DNA of 64,000 nucleotides from Cycas panzhihuaensis (Eukaryota > Plantae > Cycadophyta): the NCBI GenBank assembly GCA_023213395.1, contig CM041465.1, forward strand, positions 71,307,741 to 71,371,740, given 5' to 3'. Positions within the stretch are counted from its first letter, which is position 1; every line of letters begins with the position of its first letter. The notes under the pieces are model-generated. The model was not told the DNA's origin. It saw nothing but the letters and a program-made list of their open reading frames with translations, and searched no databases. Positions 27,310 through 39,727 of this stretch are shown piece by piece. The translations under genes were made by a program, and so were the position numbers.

Positions 27310-30300
27310 ATGGCCTCAAGTTTCGGTAATATTCTAAACTTTGATATGAATAACTTCTTGAATTGGAGTAGGAGGATGAAACCCATTCTCATAGCTAATG
27401 AGATATGGGAGATTGTGAAATCAGGGTACAATAAAATAGGTCCAAATTCAACTGATGCGGAGAAAGTTACCTATAAAGAAAATGTCAAGAAGGATAATAA
27501 GGCTTTGGCACTTGTCTTTTGTGCACTTGAAGATCATGTTTTCCCTCGGGTAAGTGAGTCCATCAAATCAAAGAAAGCTTGGGATACACTTTAGTTAATA
27601 TATGAAAGAGCTGCATCTTCCAAACTCCATAATCTTAGAAACAAGTTTGAAAATTTATGTATGATGCCCACAGAAACTGTAATAGAATTTATAATAGAAG
27701 TACAAGATATAATTGATCAGATGAGGTCTTTTAAAGATATATTAACAGAACAAAGAGTGGTTGAATGGATCCTAAGATGTGTTGGTGTGATTAAACATTT
27801 CGAAATGATTGCCACAAGTATAAGTGTATCAAAAGATCTAAGCACATTGAAGGTGGAACAACTTAGTACAATGTTCATGCCAATAGAAGAATAACAAAAT
27901 GTCAACGAGTTACTTGAACATGTCTTTGCCACAAAGGCACGAATCTAATCCAACTCTCAATCAGGAACTTCAAGGTTCAAATAATCACCTCCAAAAAGAA
28001 GGGTTGGGAACCCCAGAAGGGAAGTTAGGCAAGATCCTTCCAAATATCAAGCCCCTCATCAAAGAAGGGAAGTTAGGCAAGATCCTTCCAAATATCAAGC
28101 CCCTCATCAAAGAAGGCAAGGAGGACATCAACATAATGAGAACCCTCTTAGGTTTACAAACCAAAGGAAATACTTATCATCCAAATTGTCAAGGCAATCC
28201 TCAATCCTCAAGGTCCAGTCAAGATTACTATGACAATAGACCAAGAGAAAATCTTCCTCAACATTATAAGGAAAGGGGGAGATCCTTCAATGTTGATCAC
28301 TTCCATCCACGAAACATGAGTTTAAGCTATGGAGGGAGAGATTTCCTATATTGTTTCTATTGCCATAGAAGTGGCCATTCTGAAGATAAATGTTTCTCAA
28401 AACATGGACCACCCACTAGAGGAAATGCCCATAATACAACTGAATCAAGGGACAATAACAAGTTATTTCTGTCTAGCTTCACTGCTAAGGAGGAAGAGGA
28501 CAATAGTTGGTACATTGATTCAAGATGTTCAATCCATATTGCATATAAGGAACACTTGTTTCGAACTTTGGACAAAAGTAGGAAAGGGTCCATTATATTT
28601 GGAGATGATACCCCCCACGAATCAATTGGTAGAGGTAATATAGTCTTAATGATAGATATAGGAGAATATATACATCTAGATGATGTCTTGTATGTTCCAA
28701 CTCTAAAGAAAAACTTATTATTAGTAGGGCAAATGATGGGATAGGACTACAAAGTCATTTTTGACAATGGTGAGTGTGTAATAAAAGATAAAAATAAAAA
28801 TAAAATTGTAGTTGCCAAAGGGAAAATGACTAAGGATTGCTTGTTCAAACTTATTCTTACTCTTTCAGATACATATGTCCTAAAAACTTTAGTTAAATTG
28901 GATAGCGAGTTGTGACATAGAAGATTATGCCATCTCAATTACAATAATTTGGCCCTTATAAAGCGGATGGATATAGTCAATGGATTACCATATATTGAGG
29001 TGAATAAAAACTTATGTAAAAGATGTCTTCTTGGCAAACACTATAGAGAAAGTTTTCCATATTACAGTCATAAAGTATTGAGTCTACTCCAATTAGTATA
29101 CACAGATATTTATGGTGCTATGAACATTCATTCACTAGCAGGTGCTAAGTACTTCATCACATTCATTGATGATTTCACAAGGAAGACATAGGTGTTCTTT
29201 TTCAAGTACGAATTAGATATCTTTCAACACTTTGTTGACATCAAAACCTTTATGAAGTGACAAAGTGGATATAAATTGTTATCCCTAAGATCAGATAATG
29301 GAAGAAAGTTTATCTCCAATATTTTCAAGGATTATTGTGTACAATATGGCATTAGAAGACAATTCACTAATCCCTACACTCCACAACAAAATGGTATAGC
29401 GGAGAGAAAAAATCGCACTATAGTCGAAATAACTAGGTGTATGCTTAAGGACAAGAATTTCGGACATGAGTTTTGAGCTAAAGCAATACACACAGCTATT
29501 TATTTACTCAATAGGTGCTCTACCAAATCCTTTAGGTGGAAAACTCCAGAAAAAGCTTTGACTGGTTACAAACCAAGTATATATCATCTTAGAATATTCA
29601 GATGTCTTGCATATGCTCACATTTCTGATCAACGAAGATCCAAATTGGACAATCATAGCATCAAATATATTTTCCTTGATTATAGTAAAACATCCAAGTC
29701 GCAAGGTTTATGACCCTAAATCAATAAAAGTCATGTGAAGTAGGGATGTTAAGTTCCAAGAAGATACTTACTATCAAGACACTCGAGAAAATAAAAAAGA
29801 AGTTGCAATAAAGTTTGATACATCATTCAAAACCAAATATATGCTTCTTATGTTTGATTCTAGGAGAAGTATCAATGAACCTAATGGGGAGGGAACTTCA
29901 TCTCAACCCTCTACCACAAAACTTACCAAAATGGGTTCATCGAAATTATGACTTAGGCAATAACTTTGATAATAAGCATAGATCCACACACTCACATAAG
30001 GTTAATTTTGCCCTAATGAGCAAAGTATTAAAGGTTCATGAGCCTCAAACCTTTGATGAGGCCAATCAACATGAATGTTGGCAAAAAGTAATGGAAGATG
30101 AATGCAACTCCATTGTTACGAATAACACATAGGAGCTAATTGATTTACCTCCAAAGAAAAAGACTATTGGTAACAAATGAGTCTACAAGACCAAATTTTG
30201 CTCATATGGCTCTATTGACAAATATACGGCTAGGTTAGTTGCTAAAGAGTATGTTCAAAAAGAAGGCATTGACTATACTGAAACTTTTGCCTATGTTGCT

Positions 30301-31560
30301 CGGATGGAATCAGTTAGAATGATGATGAACTTGGCAACCCAAAGGGGTTGGAAAGTTTACCAAATGGATGTTAAAAGTGTCTTCCTCAATGGCTGCATCA
30401 AAGAGGATATCTATATCGCTCAACCACTTGGTTTTGAAATCAAGGGAGAAAAAAACAAAGTGTGTAAATTGAAAAATACACTCTATAGTTTAAAACAAGC
30501 ACCTAAGACTTAGTATTTCCGCATAGATAAATATTTCAAAAATCAAGGGTTTGAAAGATCTCAAGCAGACCCTAACCTGTATATTCAAATCAAGGAAAAT
30601 TCAATCATAATTGTAAGTCTTTATGTGGACGACCTTATATATATTGGAAATGACTTCCACCTGTTACGTCAATTCAAAGATGTTATGTGTAAAGAATTCG
30701 AGATGACAAATTTTGGGCATATGCATTACTTCATATGTTTGGAAGTTTGACAAGACAAGAAGGGTATTTTCATTTCTCAACGTAAATATACTTTGGACTT
30801 ATTACAAAAGTTCATAATAACAGATTATAAACCATTGGCGACCCCATCTGAAACAGGAATCAAACTCTCCAAGACAGATGACTACTTCAGTCGACCCAAC
30901 ACTTTACAGATAGCTTATTGGCAGTTTGATATATATGATGTCAACTCGACAAGATATAACACATTCAATTAGTGTTGTATCTAGGTTTATGTAAGATCCA
31001 AAGACCTCTCACTTGCAAACAGCTAAGAGAATCCTTCGATATCTTAAAGGAACTCTAGATTATAGACTATACTACAAAGCTTCTCCAAAATTTCAGTTGA
31101 ATGACTATATAAATTCGAATTAGGTCAAAGATATTGATGACAGGAATTCTACAAGTTATATGTTCAATATGAGATCAACAACAATCGCATGGAGCACAAA
31201 GAAACAGAACACAGTTTCCTTATCTACAACCGAGGCAGAATACAAAGCAACGGTAACAAGTGCATGTGAATCAGTTTGGTTGAGAAGACTACTACAACAT
31301 TTCCAACTTAAATAGGAAGGTCTCACAAGAATTTGGTGTGACAATCAGAGTACCATCCAAATGGCAAAGAATCTAGTCTTCCATGGCAGAATGAAACATA
31401 TCGAGACTCAACATCATTTTATTCGAGAACTAGTACAAGCAAAAGAAATCGAATTGGCTTATTGCAACACTGAAAACCAAACAACAGATATATTTACAAA
31501 GGCATTAAGCAAAGTTAAATTCTAGAAATTCAGAAAACTTAGAAGTTGTTCACATTGGAT
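27310..31560 (+). pseudogene. Copia gag-pol polyprotein, many stops and frameshifts
   Basis: CFYCHRSGHSEDKC; WYIDSRCSIH; LRSDNG..YTPQQNGIAERKNRT; QMDVKSVFLNG; YVDDL; STTEAEY. Confidence 0.95.
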
Positions 31561-33499
31561 ATTATAGAAAAGAATGTTAGGATAACCCCGAATGTGCCTA
31601 CGAAGCTGTGCACCTAGGGTCCCTCAAAGCCACCTTTGGAACTCCCTAGGGCACCTAGATACGCACATCAGCCTCCTAGAGCCACCAGATGCCACCCCAC
31701 TATCCTCAAGGTATGTGTTTGTGTTTTTTAATTGTATTTTTTAATATTAATTTAAATTGTTGTTGAATAATGTGCAGGTCGAGTGGAGGCACTTGTCGCC
31801 TCCCTAAATAATCTATAAATAGGGTGGGAATACATCCCTGGTGTTTTTCAACACTGCCCAATATTCAGAGCACCATCTAAATGGCAAAGAATCTAGTCTT
31901 TCATGGCATAATGAAACACATCAAAACTCAGCATCATTTCATTTGAGAAATAATACAAGTAGAAAAAATCGAATTGGACTATTGCAGTATTGAAGACCAA
32001 GCAGTAGATATATTTACAAAGGCATTGGGCAAAGTCAAATTCCAAAAATTCATAAAAAGCTTAGAAGTTTGTTCACATTATGCATTATGAAGGAGAATAT
32101 TAGAATTACACATTATGGGGGAGAATATTGGAATAACCCCTAATGTGATTACGAAGTTGTGTACCTAGGGCCCCTCAAAGCCACCTTTGGGGCTCCCTAG
32201 GGCACCTAAATACACACACAAGTCTCTTAGAGCCAACAGATGCCGATCCGCTATCCTCAAGGTATGTGTTTGTATTTTTCAATTATATTTTTTAATATTA
32301 ATTTGAATTGTTGTTAGATAATGTGCAGATCAAGTTAAGGCACTTGTCGCCTCCCCAAATAACCTATAAATGGGATGGGAATACCTCCCTGATGGTTTTT
32401 AACAATGCCCAATATTCTGAGCACTATCCAAATGGCAAAGAATCAAGTCTTCTATGACAGAACAAAACACATCGAGACTCAACATCATTTCATTCGAAAA
32501 CTAGTATAAGTAGAAAAAATCTAATTAGCTTATTGCAGCACTTAAGACCAAACAGCAAATATATTCATAAAGGCATTGGACAAAATCAAATTTCAAAAAT
32601 TCAGAGAAAGCTTGGGAGTCCTTCATATTAGGCATTATAGGGGAGAATATTGGGATAACTCCTAATATGTCTACGGAATTGTGCACCTAAGGCCTTTCAA
32701 AACCAACTTTGGGGCTCCTTAAGGCACCTAGATATGCACACCAGCCTCTTAGAGCCACCAGATGCTGACCCACTGTCCTTAAGGTATGTGTTTGTGTTAT
32801 TTAATTATATTTTTTAATATTAATTTGAATTATTGTTAGATAATGTGCAGGTCGAGTTGAGGCGCTTGTTGCCTCCCCAAATAACCTATAAATTGGGTGA
32901 GAATACCTCCTTAGTATTTTTTAATACCGTTAATATTTAGAGCACCATCTAAATGGCAAAGAATCCAGTCTTCCATAGCAGAACAAAACACATCGAGATT
33001 TAACATCATTTTATTCGAGAACTAGTACAAGTAGAAGAAATCAAATTGACTTATTGCAGCACTAAAGACCAAACAACAGATATATTTACAAAGACATTGA
33101 ACAAAGTCAAATTTTAAAAATTTAGAGAAAACTTTAGAGTTGTTCACATTCGGCATTATGGGGGAGAATGTTGGGATGATTGTGCACCTAGGGCGCCTCA
33201 AAGTCACCTTTGAGGCTCCCTAAGACACCTAGATACGCACACCAGCTTCCTAGAGCTACCAGATGCTGACTCACTATGTGTTTGTGTTTCTTAATTATAT
33301 TTTTTAATATTAATTTAAATTGTTGTTAGATAATATGCAGGTCGGGTTAAGGTGCTTGCTACCTCTCCAAATAACCTATAAATAGGGTGGGAATACCTCC
33401 CTAATATTTTTTAACATCGCTCAATATTCAACAGATTATGTTAACTCACGAGTAATAATCTCACCATTGTAATCCCGCTCTGCACTTCTGCATCCTTCA
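31347..33499 (+). repeat. Four tandem units of [RNase H C-terminus + PPT + LTR]; LTR starts 31575, 32126, 32648, 33169 (only the last is complete)
   Basis: Recurrent AAATGGCAAAGAATC and LTR blocks with a period of about 520-550 bp. Confidence 0.95.
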
Positions 33500-33951
33500 C
33501 ACGAAAAACATTGAAATTTGTTGCAGTGGAGCAGAGTTCTTAAAATATTTAAAACAAGTTTAGGGTTACTAGCACTGATCAGAGACAAAAGACCAAATGC
33601 TGACTCTCTCCTCTAATAGAGCTTCCTTCTTCCACAAAATGACACCACAATGTTGATTTGTCTCCTTCCTCGTGTGACGCAAACGCAGCCATTTCAATAG
33701 AAGCGCAAGATCGAATCTCTATAGTTGGGCCAAAGAACCTCGCCAAATCAACAAACTAGCACCCCTTGAACATTTCAAAGCCTCGAGCACTAAAATTTGA
33801 AGACCTGAATATATCCAAAAACCTAAAGCATAAGGACGCAAAAGGCAATGAATGTATTCTCTTCTTTTGGGATTTTGGCTATCACATGCATAGGTAATAT
33901 CATACATCCATTTGTCCAAGTGTTCACAACAGCGCCCTCTAAATTCTTCTC

Positions 33952-35460
33952 CATTGCACCAATCTTGGCTATGTCAAATTTCTCCCAACCATTTATAATG
34001 GAATACAACACATTGTGCACAGAAGTAAATGCAACTCCACTACAAAAAGGCCACCCTATTGCATATGAGAGCCAAAAACATAATCTACATGAAAGAGCCA
34101 ATAACACATATGATAATAAGATGTTAGCCATTCTATGTGCCTTAGCAAAATGAAGGTAATACTTATTAGGAATAATTTTTTTTGCGAAGATAAACCACCA
34201 TAGCCTAAACTACTTACTAATACATCAAAGCAACAAAAATGGGTCAATAAGATCCAAGGCTATGACTTTGAAATCTCATATAAGAGAGAACAAAAAAGAA
34301 GATTATAGCTAATGAGTTACTTACAAAAGGATAAGGAGATCATTTTACTAGAGAGGGTTGAAAGCAAATGTAAAAAAGTTTGTTTCTAAATGTCAAACTT
34401 GTTAGAGACAAGTAAGCAAAATGAATGCAAACCCCAAGAATGAATCAACCTCTAAATCGACCCAAGCAAAAATGGAAAAAAATTTCTAATACTTGATCGT
34501 TTGACGCAATATGTATATTTCATTTATATTCAATCATTCTATAAGTGATATCAAATAATTAAAATATTCATGGAAAATGTCCATAAATTACATGGATTTT
34601 CCAAGAAGATAATTAGCAATAGGGATCCTAAATTCACAAGCCACTTTAAAATTGACCTATTTAAATTAACAAGGATCCAACTCACCATAAACATAGCACA
34701 CCACCCCCAAACAAGTGGACAAACTAAAGTGGTCAACAAAGTTCTAAAAACATACTTACATTATTATGTCAAAAATAAAAAATCCACATGCATAAAATAG
34801 ATTCACCTCATTGAATATTGGTATAACACTAATTATTATGCATCCATCAAAACAACATCCTTCATGGCATTAAACTATTACTCACCTCTTGTACTAGTGG
34901 ACTATATTTGGAATACAACAAAAACCTTAATAACGAAAGAATTGATAGCACAATCTTAGAGAATTCAAAGAATTCAAAAAAAAATTACATCACAAGGAAT
35001 CGGGTGAAACAACAAATAAACCAAGAGATAATTGAAAGATAATTTGAAAAAGAAAAATATTATAGTTATATAAAATTATAACCATACAAATAGACCTCCC
35101 CCTCAAGCAATACTAGCACCAAGAATTTATTGCACATACAAAACCTGAAATAAGGGAGATACCTTACACACTCATTTGCCAGAAAAAAGTAGGAACAACA
35201 ATTGTTTCATAAAGTCTTCCACGTCTCTAACTTTAAAATAAAAGTGAAATATCACACAAAAACAATGATCGTACTATGAATGACAAATGCAAAGGGAAAG
35301 CTCATGCTCGAACCTCAAATCATTATGAATACCTACCAATACAAACAAAGATTGCAAAACATTACAAAATACTTGATTAAATGAAAAAGGCTACCACAAC
35401 AAGAGGCAACTTAAAAAAACAAATTCATACTGGACCAACAATCATTACCAACACCTTGGG
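33952..35460 (+). pseudogene. Chromovirus RNase H-integrase-chromodomain remnant
   Basis: APILAMSNFSQPF..HPIAYES; NRDPKFTSHF. Confidence 0.85.
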
Positions 35461-35483
35461 CAAAGTGATTTTTCCAAGGGACT

Positions 35484-35770
35484 TGTTGGGATCTAAGACA
35501 ATGTAAAAGTCAATAAAATTATTTATTTTAATTATTAAAAATTAATTTTAATATTATTAAAGAGTAGATATGTTAAGATTATTATTATTATTAGAGATAT
35601 TTTTTTTAAAGATGGTCAAATTTGATGCCTATTAATAGAGAATTATCATTCATTTATAAATAATCTTTTGTGATTTAATTTATTTGGGATTTTTTAACCA
35701 TTTGGCTCGTAACTTTCTTATCAATTTTTCTTCATGCTTTATGAAGTGGATCCCCTTCAAGATCACTTCA
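35484..35770 (+). repeat. 3' LTR of chromovirus (short form, about 600 bp shorter)
   Basis: Aligns to 13463-13565 plus 14145-14345. Confidence 0.82.
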
Positions 35771-36579
35771 AGGCAAGCTTGAGAATTGAATTCAAAGCTC
35801 ACCATAAAATCCAAAAAATGTAGTAGAGTTGTTTGTTGACAAACATGACAAATTTAAGTTCATTTAACAAATGTTTGTGAGAAGCCTAACTAATGCAACA
35901 AATGTCCATGGAAAGCTCGAGTTTGTGTTAAAATCCCTGTAAAAGCACAAGCATAAGTGCCCTTAAAAGATCTCCCTCTCTCTAATTATAACACTTTGAA
36001 ATGAAAAATTAAAGATATATAATATGCCATCATTGTTAAAACATATATGTTAATATAAAGAAATGTTTGTTTCTTTTATGGTGTTTTTAAATATTAAGTG
36101 AACAAGTGAATTCATTTTTGCTTTTTCTAAAATTTAAATAAAAATTATGTAAAATGGGTAGAATTACTTATTTTGGTTTTGTTGGGAAAAAGGTACATCA
36201 CAAATTTTATGTGAGATTTATTCCAATACAAATCCTTTTGCTAGAATCCATCTAAGGATGCATTCCTTACTAGGTGAAACAAATAATTATTAACCAAAAG
36301 GTGCAATAAATGTGAACCCAAGTGGAAAACTACATTATTACACCAAAAGGTCATAATAAATGTGGAATGAGTAGAAAATTACTTAGAGGTCACAATAAAT
36401 GTGAAATGAGTAGAAAAATACACTCTCAAGGCATGGCAAGAAAATTAGAGGCTATCAACTATGGACAATTGTTAAATTGATTGCATCAAGAATATTTTTT
36501 CTTGGCAAGCACTCTAATCATCAAATTAACCAGTTCATGCAAATTTTGAAGAGCAATGCAACTATAAAAATAAACAATA

Positions 36580-38260
36580 TTTATGGCCCGCTTGCAGATA
36601 GTTTGCTCCTCACGAGAGAAGATAACTATCAATGAAAATGGCAGAAATAATGTTTATTGTGCAAAGCAAACAACTAACAGAATTCGAGTAAATGAAAATT
36701 TGTGGAAATGCACCCATCAACTATTGAAATCAAGATTTGGCGTCTAGCACCCCACACAATGTTCCTTCTGCTCTCCACCACAACATACAAACATTAAAAA
36801 ATTAATAAACAAACAAGCCTGCTCCAAATGCATTCAACTTGTGATGTCGATAACCTCCCCTCACTTCATAAATATCTTCAAGTTATTATCTTCGCGTCTT
36901 TTCCTCACAAAAATGGAGAGGAGCCTAGGATGGAGTAATTCCTCAACAAATCCAACTCGCCAAAGGCTAAACCCAGGAACACCTGCGGATGCTAAAGATA
37001 AAAAAGGAATCATTTCCTATAATGAATCAATAGACACAAAAAACTGCAGCAAGGGTTCCACTGGGTTGGAAATCATTGCTGTGGCATGCCATGGCAAATA
37101 CAAGCATTATGCCACACAGGTTTCTTTGGTGCTCAATATGGCGTTGGAATATGAAGCGACGAATACGCTTCCAAACCCTCTCTAATAACTACACAGACCC
37201 TCATGGCATGCATTGTCCTAGAAATGAAACGGTTGCCACTTTATTTGTACTTGCCGTTACAATGCAAAGCTGTAAAGGGAAATTGATCCTGCGAAGTGCA
37301 GGGCAGAGACACTTTATTATTCAGGTCTCCAAGTACTTGATTGGAAGCTCCTTCCGAGCGAAGCTGGAGTTAAAGCTTTCATTTCGGCCTGTATTTATCT
37401 ATGATAGCATAGAGTACTGAACCGTCTCGCGACATATTTTACTTTCGTTGGCAGCAGGGCATACGAAGCCCCCTAAGACCAGGTGAATAAGTAAATCCAG
37501 CCTTAAAATGGCAGATGTCTTGGAATCTGAAATCATTCAATTGTTTGGGGGGTGGGACGGGGGTTAAGGTTTGCGGAGCCAAAAAGAAAAAATAATAACA
37601 AAAATCCAAATAACACAATACATGGAAAAAGACTGGAGAACGGACATGCCAACGACCGTTACAAATCCACAGGAATCGTCCACATTCGAATCTGTGACTT
37701 AACATTTCAGGGCATCCACGCTAATTATTGGACAACCGATGCCCCCCGAAAGAGTCCAAACACGAAATAGAGCAAAACAGACCTTAAACTGCCATCAAAC
37801 GTCCGAAATCGGACTCAAATCTGCTGATTTGTTTTGTTTTCTGTTTCCTTCTCTTTTCGTGCCGTGGGGGGGAGAGGGGGTAGCTTGCATTTAGACCAAA
37901 TTGGGCATAAAACAGTAATATTGTACGCCTCTTCATTGAAAAATTCTCCATGTGAATAATCCGAAGAACCTTCAAGCAGAGAGGCGCCGGCTTATTGTGT
38001 GCACAACTAAAAGCTAAAAATCATCGCGTTGAAGCACGATTTACAGCAGAACTATGTGCACATTTGGCATAAATATCACGATGAACAACGATATAACACA
38101 GCCATAACAGCAAAATTGAAACGCACCACCGGAGCACAGAAGAAACAATAAAAATAACTCTCACATAGAGGAAGTTGAGCAACATGTAGAACGCCCTGCC
38201 CTGAACCATGAAACCCTAAAACGGGCAATAGAATCCGATCTAGCTTAACGCTTACATATA
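36580..38260 (-). other. CpG-retaining low-copy island; putative spliced Pol II transcript of unknown (possibly non-coding) function
   Basis: CpG visibly frequent, unlike flanks; minus strand U/G-rich; candidate introns about 38164-37970 (GTGAGA..GAAG) and 37782-37527 (AG|GTCTGT..TTTCAG); no recognisable ORF. Confidence 0.45.
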
Positions 38261-38317
38261 GTTTATCGCTACTAATTGTTATTATTAATTATTATTATTG
38301 CTACTGGTGGTCACGTG
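38211..38317 (-). promoter_or_regulatory. Telo-box (AAACCCTAA 38211-38219), TATA-like element (about 38255-38262) and G-box CACGTG (38312-38317)
   Basis: Motifs read directly; order fits a minus-strand promoter and TSS. Confidence 0.45.
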
Positions 38318-38606
38318 TGAAGGGTACTCTACTTTCTGCCTTTAAATTGCCCATATACTAAATGTTACACATCTCCTTCTTTAAAATCAAAACTCGTCGT
38401 TTTTCTTAAAAGCTAGAGCTTTGTGAAGTTTATATTGAGATTAAAACATAACTAATGGAATCATTATTTTATAACATGCCCTTCTTGTCACACTAAATTC
38501 TTCATGTGCACATTTTGTACATGTGTTTTGTGTTGTGTTTTTTGAGGATTTCACCTCTATTGGGGCTATATTTGATATGGGATTTTCACTTATTTTATCA
38601 TTTGCC

Positions 38607-38715
38607 TTTTCATGAGGAATGGTTCAATAAATCTTTAAAAGCATTATAACACCTCTCCAACTTTTCATGAGGAATGGTTTAATAAATCTTTAAGAGCATT
38701 ATAACACCTCTCCAA
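38607..38715. repeat. About 54-bp tandem duplication
   Basis: TTTTCATGAGGAATGGTT...ACACCTCTCCAA twice. Confidence 0.9.
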
Positions 38716-39034
38716 AAAAATGATAAATCAAATCTTAAAACGTGTAGAAACCTAAGAGAAATAAGAGTAAGATAATGACCTCAAGCTATTTTTTAAAATT
38801 TATAACTCTTTCAATCAATGTTCATGCAAATAACTTCCACCACCTGCTCTTATTCTTCTAGATTCTATAGGTTTATTAACTTCTTACCTTGATCTTGGGC
38901 ATATGCTCTTTTAGTTTCCTTATAAGAAATCCATGTATAACAAATATGTGCATTTGTTATATGCCTCCTCTATCATTCTAAAGTAGTAAAGTCAAGTTTT
39001 AGATAAAGAACTCATATGTCTTTTATAGGTCATG

Positions 39035-39727
39035 TGTTAGAATATTGGAACTCATAAAAATTAGTGTAATATTTGATTAGTGGTCAAGTCATTATTTGTT
39101 GATACACAAAGATTTTTTTTTTTTTAAGTAAATATATATGTCATTAAATTATAAAGTCAAATACAATACAAGATACTAAAGAGCCCAATTATCAAGTACA
39201 TCTACTAACCCAATCTTTTACAAGTAGAGCACACAAAATTGCAATATCAGTCTAAAGGTTTTTCTTAAAGTTTTTCTGGAGGGAAGTAAAGATTCTCATA
39301 CATAATTTTATTAATTAATGTATTGACATGACATCAATAGTTGATGATGTACTTATATCCTATTGGATATATATAAGGTGATAGATCTATAAAATATGTG
39401 TATACATCAAAAATATATTTGAAATGAGATGATGAGAGAGAGTTAAACTCCACCCTTTCAGGGTTTCCTATGTATAAATTTGGTGTCTTATAATAATATC
39501 TTTTTTATTTATGAATGTTGTTATATCCATATGTACATATCTTCATTTAATGTGCTTGATGATTATCTTAAATACCTCAGTAATGATTCTTATTTCATGT
39601 ATTATTAATAAGTTATATATTAATATAAATGCTTCAAATAATCTTACCTACTCATTTACATTAGTCATTATTAGAATTTTAATCCTATATCATAACTTGT
39701 GCAAAAATTTTAATATGATATCAAAGT
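39035..39727 (+). mobile_element. Old LTR followed by degenerate Met PBS (TGATATCAAAG)
   Basis: TGTTAG start, TATA, GGGTTTCC block like the other Copia-type LTRs here, PBS-like end. Confidence 0.5.
39113..39291 (-). mobile_element. 5'-truncated copy of the LINE at 17377
   Basis: poly(T) plus about 165 bp homologous to 17389-17555; flanked by AAAGAT on both sides. Confidence 0.9.

Larger units (their letters stand above)
23234..33499 (+). mobile_element. Ty1/copia LTR retrotransposon with a 3.7-kb leader and a quadruplicated 3' end
   Basis: 5' LTR 23234-23600; PBS TGGTATTAGAGC 23603-23614; gag-PR-INT-RT-RH; PPT GGGGGAGAA; final LTR 33169-33499; TSD not cleanly preserved (CGCAG/CACGA). Confidence 0.93.
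17377..33951 (-). mobile_element. L1-clade LINE, near full length, with the Copia (23234-33499) inserted in its 5' region
   Basis: poly(T) 17377-17388 is the poly(A) tail; ORF2 and ORF1 on minus strand; imperfect 10-bp TSD CATTGTACTA (17367-17376) / CATTGCACCA (33952-33961). Confidence 0.88.
13463..35770 (+). mobile_element. Ty3/gypsy chromovirus, highly degenerate, interrupted by LINE plus Copia (17377-33951)
   Basis: Matching LTRs at 13463-14345 and 35484-35770; degenerate Met PBS TAGTATCAAAGC at 14348; PR VDLGNTHNF; RT 16520-17100; RH resumes at 33952; INT HHPQTSGQTKVVN; chromodomain-like YLIK*KRLPQQEAT*. No clean TSD. Confidence 0.85.

Noticed and set aside
36959-36978. CGCCAAAGG resembling miR399 or its target
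   Set aside because: Only 9 nt match and no supporting hairpin.
36841-37420. Two 114-aa plus-strand ORFs as CDS
   Set aside because: Non-ATG starts, no recognisable domain, and strand composition points to minus-strand transcription.
38205-38225. AAACCCTAAA as a telomerase RNA template
   Set aside because: No USE/TATA Pol III promoter or G-rich 5' end on the plus strand; the context fits an ordinary telo-box.
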